Virus record (IMG/VR): IMGVR_UViG_3300025168_000002
Length of the DNA stretch: 20,000 nucleotides
Direction: 5' to 3' (one strand)
Source of the DNA: an uncultured virus (IMG/VR IMGVR_UViG_3300025168_000002)
Taxonomy: Duplodnaviria > Heunggongvirae > Uroviricota > Caudoviricetes > Crassvirales
The translations under genes were made by a program, and so were the position numbers. Of this stretch, positions 15,801 to 20,000 are shown piece after piece (within the stretch, counting starts at the first letter, position 1; the number at the start of each line of letters is the position of its first letter). The notes beneath the pieces are model-generated. The model did no database searches, had not been told where the DNA came from, and saw nothing but the letters and a program-made list of their open reading frames with translations.

Positions 15801-16802
15801 TCCATTATCTAAAATTTGTTGCAAATTAGCACTTGATCCAGCTACTGTTTGCCATGTAGGAGTTATAAAAGGCCCATTAGAAACTAAAGCCTGACCAGCA
15901 GTTCCTGAACTACCAAATAGTTTTATTTCGCTATTAGCCCCCGTTAAACTAATTGCTCCTTGGCTTATTATTAATCTTCCTTGTGTTGCTGAAGCTGTTG
16001 GCGTTCCATTACCATTAAAATTTATAACTCCTTGTCCTGTTATTGTATTAGTTCCACTTAATGTAATTCCACCAGTTCCTGTAAAAATTATACTACTATT
16101 TAATAAAGTATTACCAGCATTTACAACTTCTTGTAAGGTTGGCTTTGTAATAGTAGTCCCGCTTGACCAAGCAAGTCCTGTAGCTGTTGCACTTAAAAAC
16201 TGTCCAGTAGTACCATAAACGTAAGTTCCTGTTCCATCATCTATACCTATCTGTGACTGATCGCTAACTTTTAAATCAACACCATCACTTAAAGTTACAA
16301 TGTTATAAAATACAGAGGTACCTTTAACAGATAAAGTTGAATTTCCTTCTAAGGATAAACCTCCATTTGTTCGTATTGTAAATGTTCCTGTTAATTCAGG
16401 ATTTGCTGTTGCGATTGGACTTACAGCTAAAGTGTTGTTCCAAGACTGATTTGTTCCTGGTGCAGCAATCCAAGCTATACCAGTTCCAGTAGAACTTAAA
16501 ACTTGTCCCGCAGTACCTACAGATCCTAAACCTCCTGCCGAAATTGTTGTTGGAAATATATCTATCGCAGATATACTTGATCCTAATGCTGATGCGGTAC
16601 CATTCAACTCAATATTAAGCAGTGAGGTATTCCCCACGCCTAATACAGAATTTAAATCTTGATTGACACCTGCACCTCCTCCTATTGAGCTAACCGTAAA
16701 AGTAACCGTCTTATTGTTATCACTAACGTCAGTACCAATTATTAAATCATTTGTAGATGGCGTTACTGTTGGGTAAGCGGTTGTGTTTTTTATTTTAGCC
16801 AT
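12813..16802 (-). CDS. Long fibre / receptor-binding adhesin protein with YadA-like head repeats (1329 aa)
   Basis: Gly/Thr/Ser-rich. Five GQ(V/F/A)L...W fibre motifs, LQxVLxxGNT-type motifs, and a C-terminal run of ~14-aa (N/S)xAIG repeats ending in VKINGVDYKIPMY. Confidence 0.8.
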   Translation of the reverse strand: MAKIKNTTAYPTVTPSTNDLIIGTDVSDNNKTVTFTVSSIGGGAGVNQDLNSVLGVGNTSLLNIELNGTASALGSSISAIDIFPTTISAGGLGSVGTAGQVLSSTGTGIAWIAAPGTNQSWNNTLAVSPIATANPELTGTFTIRTNGGLSLEGNSTLSVKGTSVFYNIVTLSDGVDLKVSDQSQIGIDDGTGTYVYGTTGQFLSATATGLAWSSGTTITKPTLQEVVNAGNTLLNSSIIFTGTGGITLSGTNTITGQGVINFNGNGTPTASATQGRLIISQGAISLTGANSEIKLFGSSGTAGQALVSNGPFITPTWQTVAGSSANLQQILDNGNTATQNINLTGDINLDGGGLKLGSNGFIELNGNRGTLGQVLISGGPGGFPTWGAGGSGVTSIDVVDTTYLDMTVDSSIAAVPKLKTELITTGTVSTGPGGLTTAFYDNNTTGTNYAVGSNLSTVATTGSGSGIVVNITNTTAGSVVLADLSFNSGGSGYAAGDLFQVIQAGSDNNLIIEVDGIATGTYYDQTGRFSTPKGADWDLAVTNAGNLITVTNSDGTNSSSFTLQGGGGAVFTNAGNNNIELSFSGSGTGTVQSISLTDSTGSAGTAITSSGTFTFAEQAATATYLRTTSAVTGTSIKLSTETPTIQVVATKGGTLLDKALTIQNSNGTTNNSFVLGTTAAPSVATAGQVLAFNSTGGGYMEWVAQAAGGNMTSWNIDGDTGGPGTVADGETVNIVGGNGISTASTPGTRTITITNTGVSQVNGLGGSITLSGSANTTVGVKAVLTATITTAGAGYVANNYYPTTKVSSVIGTAAGVIVRVTSVSATGGITGVSIYGGGKDWTIGDIFSVNFGTSTATITVASVSAVGTITATTWRGLSGVDVSSSSNYKIRNIGRFENDLTLYSSSINEVVSTGASATFTGSFISVGTSALTTTPINGITILDNTGEDLGLISRASDTNIKIGSYAAGWDYSNAACINNIGIGDNTNSALTTGFKNIAIGENANSANDTGTNNIAIGGDTLKISAGGSSNIVIGSLAGRDAIPVGDILIGSNAGRNLGNSTGLPTNVDMQLRVAIGNSAMIGDATHKHEHNLGDVAIGDRAKQYKASTANGVNEGGGVYIGQLAAQGYNNFRSSGNSAYHVCIGYNAMGFGGASAREGQIAIGRAASIGSQTVETQTYNTSTKGIAIGVEAEGDATDHPNITRSGVGNIAIGYQSAGITGSTISGGTIAVGTRSLAEGSNSIAIGTGATAGDSGGAKDNGIAIGKDASSKFVGGVALGTGATTTDANQLAIGSSTNAVGTVTVATPAITTTTWTVKINGVDYKIPMYAA

Positions 16803-16814
16803 AGGGTTGCATTT

Positions 16815-17090
16815 TTATTTTTCTATCTTCAAGTCCGCAGCCTCTTCTTCTTTTGGGGGATCAGTAACATTTCCAGTTTGTAAATCTATAGTGGCGTTTT
16901 TACCATATATCTCCATTAAGCTTAACTCTTGTTCTTGAAACTTTCCTTTAACTTCTTCTATCTGTTCCATAAACTGTTTTTGTTGCAAAATGGTATCACC
17001 CAAGCTCATTTTTAACTGATTAAACTCTGCTTGTAATTCTTGAAGAACCGTTAATTCTTTTTCCGTTAATTTTTTAGTTTTTTCTTCCAT
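16815..17090 (-). CDS. Small coiled-coil protein, possible fibre assembly chaperone (91 aa)
   Basis: Heptad-rich LQELQAEFNQLKMSLG...IEEVKGKFQEQE followed by YG...IDLQTG. Sits among the fibre genes. Confidence 0.6.
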   Translation of the reverse strand: MEEKTKKLTEKELTVLQELQAEFNQLKMSLGDTILQQKQFMEQIEEVKGKFQEQELSLMEIYGKNATIDLQTGNVTDPPKEEEAADLKIEK

Positions 17091-17121
17091 TATATTATAT
17101 TTATTTAAGTTATTAATTTAA

Positions 17122-17129
17122 CAAAGATA
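17122..17129 (-). promoter_or_regulatory. Bacteroidota-type -7 promoter element (TATCTTTG)
   Basis: TAnnTTTG in the intergenic gap, about 32 nt upstream of the ATG at 17090. Confidence 0.65.
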
Positions 17130-17151
17130 CAAAAGTTTTTTTATGTAATTG

Positions 17152-18033
17152 TTATGGAGTATTGGTGCTCCATGTTGGACTGTTAACGCCTGAACCAGTA
17201 TATCCATTACCTGTGCTGTCAGTATAAGATGTACCCGTTCCTTCATTAAATCTCCACCAAGCTTCAAGGGCTGCTGACTCAGTATAGTTGCCAGAATTTG
17301 AACTTAAATCTATTGGAGTTCCACTATTATAAATAGCAGCCATATTACTTGCGTTAAGTCCTTTACTAAAAATTGCTGCATTATTTATTTCTCCATCAAA
17401 AAGATTAGATAAAGTTGTTCCTGCTCTTTGCCAAGCTCCAAGATTAGAGTTACCGCTGTAAGCTAAATTAAGACTTGTATTTCCTGAATCTATATACGTT
17501 CCTGAATATTCCGAGCCATTAATATACATTTTCCAAGATGAATTATCATCATAACCATTTGTAGGGACAACAACCCCAAGATGATACCATTGTCCTGTAG
17601 ATATTGTACTGTTTTGAGTTCGTTTAGTCAAACGATTATTTGTTCCCGCACCAGGACTAGTACCATTTAATCCAAAGAAATGAAATACAAAAGCAGCGTT
17701 TCTATTTACTACCATTTGTATACCATAGTAATTATTAGTCCCACTTACACCTAAAGAATACAACTGAAAAGTAGTAGACAAATCATCAATATAAATCCAT
17801 TGAGTCCAAGTATATCCATCGCCATTAATTTGTGCTTCTGTAGGATTTAATCCTGTATTTTCTCTATTTCCTAAAGATATATATTGATTTGATCCATTAC
17901 CCTCTATTGAATAGTTTGTAGCAAAACTTGAAGGAGTATCTATTGTGTTTATTTGCTCAATACCTGATGTAGAAATTGTTTCTACCTTGTTTATTGAATT
18001 ATACAATATCGTGTTTAATTTAGATATCGTCAT
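17152..18033 (-). CDS. LamG / concanavalin A-like lectin domain protein (293 aa)
   Basis: YTWTQWI, GQWYHLGVV, KMYING, FDGEINNAAIFSKGL and WWRFNEGTG are the standard LamG-like jelly-roll motifs. Short N-terminal ISKLNTI/INKVETI/IEQINTI repeat. Confidence 0.85.
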   Translation of the reverse strand: MTISKLNTILYNSINKVETISTSGIEQINTIDTPSSFATNYSIEGNGSNQYISLGNRENTGLNPTEAQINGDGYTWTQWIYIDDLSTTFQLYSLGVSGTNNYYGIQMVVNRNAAFVFHFFGLNGTSPGAGTNNRLTKRTQNSTISTGQWYHLGVVVPTNGYDDNSSWKMYINGSEYSGTYIDSGNTSLNLAYSGNSNLGAWQRAGTTLSNLFDGEINNAAIFSKGLNASNMAAIYNSGTPIDLSSNSGNYTESAALEAWWRFNEGTGTSYTDSTGNGYTGSGVNSPTWSTNTP

Positions 18034-18034
18034 A

Positions 18035-20000
18035 TTAACTTAATTCAATAAACGTATTGTCTGGGTGAAAGAATATTTCTCCTGAGCTTGCTGAAAGAGC
18101 GGTTGCTAATATCCTCACAACTCTTTGGGAACCAGAGGGCGGCTCATAATACATTTGCCCTTCTGTAGTAGATAAGTATAATATATCTCCATCATCAAAT
18201 GCAGGATCGTAACTTAAAGTATACATTCCTCTTGTTAACATACCAACCGCTGTAGCTGTTCCTGTTGCAATAGCAATAGCTATTAATCCTTGAGATTTAG
18301 TTACATCGTCTGCATCTGCCGCTACCCAATCACCAGCTTTTAAAACATATAATTTTCCTTTTGCTACAGAACCAGAGCCAAAATAAACAACCTCTCCTTG
18401 GTAAACTCCAGCTGTAGATCCTGTTTTTTCTAGTATTGTGTTGGCATTCCACGTTCCTGTAATAACACCCCCTCCATTTCCTGTTGTGGATTCTACTTCA
18501 ACTAAATTTGAAAGATTAGTTATTAAATTTTGATTAAGATTTACTGTTGGATTTACTGTTGAAGATCCTGAAATAAAAAGAGGATTAGACGCTGCCCCAC
18601 CAGTGGTTGGGTTTGCAGCTGAAACCGAAGTTACAGATCCAGATCCAAAAAATGATGAAAGCTCTTGTACCTCATAAGTTCTTGTTTCTCCAGAACCTGA
18701 ATCATCCTTCCCTATCATTATAAAATCATTCTCACTTATTGATCCTGTTCCTGCTGGACAATCAGCTATCAATCCTGCTGAACTATAATCAACCGATAAA
18801 GTTCCTGTGCTTGTTATTGTTCCACCCGTAAGCCCACTACCTGTTGCTACTTGAGTAACAGTTCCATTATTAGAAGCATTAAAAGTAATTGTACTTGCAC
18901 CAGACTGATTAAGAGTAAAAGTTCCACCTCCTGTTAATCCTGTTCCAGCAGTTAGTGTAATTGTTGGGTTGTTTGCTGAAGAAGGTATATTTGGAAAAGT
19001 AATAAGATTTCCCGCTCCATTAATATACTGAGATGAGGTTCCTTGCATATCAATAGCTAAAGTTCCACTTGAATTAATTGGCGTTCCGCTAACAGCAAAA
19101 GCATTACCTGTATGAGATATTCCTACTTCAGTAACTGTACCTTGTGGATTACCAAACGATGTAGTTAAAGTGCCACCGTCTTGTTGTGTAAGTGTTAGTG
19201 TTATTGTAGAAGAACCTCCGTCAGAAAAGCCTGTAATCATATTGTCATAAGCAGAATTAGACTCTGTTGACCCACCGCCACTCCATGTTACTGCCCCTGA
19301 TACCGATAAAGCATCTGTTGCGTTATTATATGTTAATCCTGCATCGCTTGACAAAGAACTTGTCCCGCTCCAAAAAGCTAATCTTGTTGAAACTCCAGTT
19401 CCTGTTACAGTTCCTGTATTAGTTGTATAAAGTGCTCCATTTACTAACTGATTATTATTAACAACGTCATTAGTTATTGTAACAGTGTTAGATGATCGTG
19501 TAGTAGTTATATTTGTACCTCCAGCAATATCAACAGTATCTCCTTGATCAATTTGAGCCGATCCTCCACTATCTCCAGTTAAATTCCAACTAGACATTGT
19601 ACCGCCTGAGTTGTCAAACGGTAAATCACTTACATTTCCATAGTATATATCATTATCATTTACATCACTATATATTATTTTATCTGTTGTTTGTATAGCA
19701 GTACCAGTTGCGACTGCACTTCCTAATATAAAATTATCTGCTCCAGAATAGTCCATTGTAACCGTTATAGTCTCAGCAACAGACTGGTCAGTTGTAAAGT
19801 TACCACTAGCACCATTATTTATACGGATACCATCAGCACCAGCAATAGTAATAGTTGCATTGTTTGCTGCCGCAGGTATACTTGGAAAAGAGGTAAGGTT
19901 ACCTGCTCCGTTAACATACTGTGAAGAACTACCTGCCATTGTAATGGAAATTGTACCATTACTTGTTACTGGCGCACCACCTGTTGTAAAAGCATTTCCT
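18035..20000 (-). CDS. Large fibre-like structural protein, C-terminal part (5' end lies beyond the right edge)
   Basis: The frame is open upstream of the ATG at 19939 to the window edge (GNAFTTGGAPVTSNGTISITM...), so that ATG is probably internal. Gly/Thr/Ser-rich with GTVT.V..G.GLTGG.IT..GTL fibre repeats and a C-terminal globular domain (GEVVYFG...WVAADAD...GDILYLS...FFHPD). Confidence 0.8.
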   Translation of the reverse strand, partial: GNAFTTGGAPVTSNGTISITMAGSSSQYVNGAGNLTSFPSIPAAANNATITIAGADGIRINNGASGNFTTDQSVAETITVTMDYSGADNFILGSAVATGTAIQTTDKIIYSDVNDNDIYYGNVSDLPFDNSGGTMSSWNLTGDSGGSAQIDQGDTVDIAGGTNITTTRSSNTVTITNDVVNNNQLVNGALYTTNTGTVTGTGVSTRLAFWSGTSSLSSDAGLTYNNATDALSVSGAVTWSGGGSTESNSAYDNMITGFSDGGSSTITLTLTQQDGGTLTTSFGNPQGTVTEVGISHTGNAFAVSGTPINSSGTLAIDMQGTSSQYINGAGNLITFPNIPSSANNPTITLTAGTGLTGGGTFTLNQSGASTITFNASNNGTVTQVATGSGLTGGTITSTGTLSVDYSSAGLIADCPAGTGSISENDFIMIGKDDSGSGETRTYEVQELSSFFGSGSVTSVSAANPTTGGAASNPLFISGSSTVNPTVNLNQNLITNLSNLVEVESTTGNGGGVITGTWNANTILEKTGSTAGVYQGEVVYFGSGSVAKGKLYVLKAGDWVAADADDVTKSQGLIAIAIATGTATAVGMLTRGMYTLSYDPAFDDGDILYLSTTEGQMYYEPPSGSQRVVRILATALSASSGEIFFHPDNTFIELS

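Noticed and set aside
295..15894. Plus-strand ORFs in the track (295-555, 464-757, 6731-6934, 7381-7743, 12955-13164, 13597-13893, 13927-14142, 14476-14742, 15523-15894)
   Set aside because: All lie antisense to long, motif-bearing minus-strand genes, and their Pro/Ile/Ser-rich translations are what antisense reading of Gly/Asn/Glu codons produces.
12813..20000. Diversity-generating retroelement target or invertible fibre cassette
   Set aside because: No near-identical DNA repeat pair differing at adenines, no reverse transcriptase or invertase, and no inverted repeats seen. The repeats are diverged and protein-level. A DGR outside the window cannot be excluded.
1..20000. CRISPR array, tRNA/ncRNA, integrase or IS element
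   Set aside because: Intergenic gaps are all under 90 nt and are explained by promoters and terminators. No spaced direct repeats, cloverleaf, or recombinase/transposase motifs seen.

Overview
AT-rich window holding the virion-morphogenesis module of a tailed dsDNA phage, with every credible gene on the minus strand. Transcription order (right to left): a fibre-like protein running off the right edge, a LamG/ConA-like lectin protein, a small coiled-coil protein, a 1329-aa repeat fibre ending in YadA-like head repeats, two small ORFs (one of 45 aa missing from the ORF track), a tandem double GroES-like protein, a probable small terminase, terminase large subunit, portal, acidic scaffold-like protein, major capsid protein, a hypothetical protein, two paralogous putative decoration proteins, two tail ring/tubular-type proteins, and the start of a tail stabilisation (muzzle) protein at the left edge. 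Gene order and motifs resemble crAss-like/Flavobacteriia podoviruses. Five TAnnTTTG promoter elements and A/T-rich, SD-less leaders point to a Bacteroidota host. Best leads: (1) a ~65-90-aa beta-rich domain inserted once in a tail ring protein and three times, apparently nested, in a decoration-protein paralogue; (2) a two-domain GroES-like co-chaperonin translationally coupled to the terminase genes; (3) an 18-bp promoter sequence present both intergenically and inside the terL coding end; (4) a promoter/terminator layout that may set subunit stoichiometry. I see no clearly new system (no CRISPR, DGR, RNA gene or recoding). All product calls come from motif recognition and gene order, not database searches.
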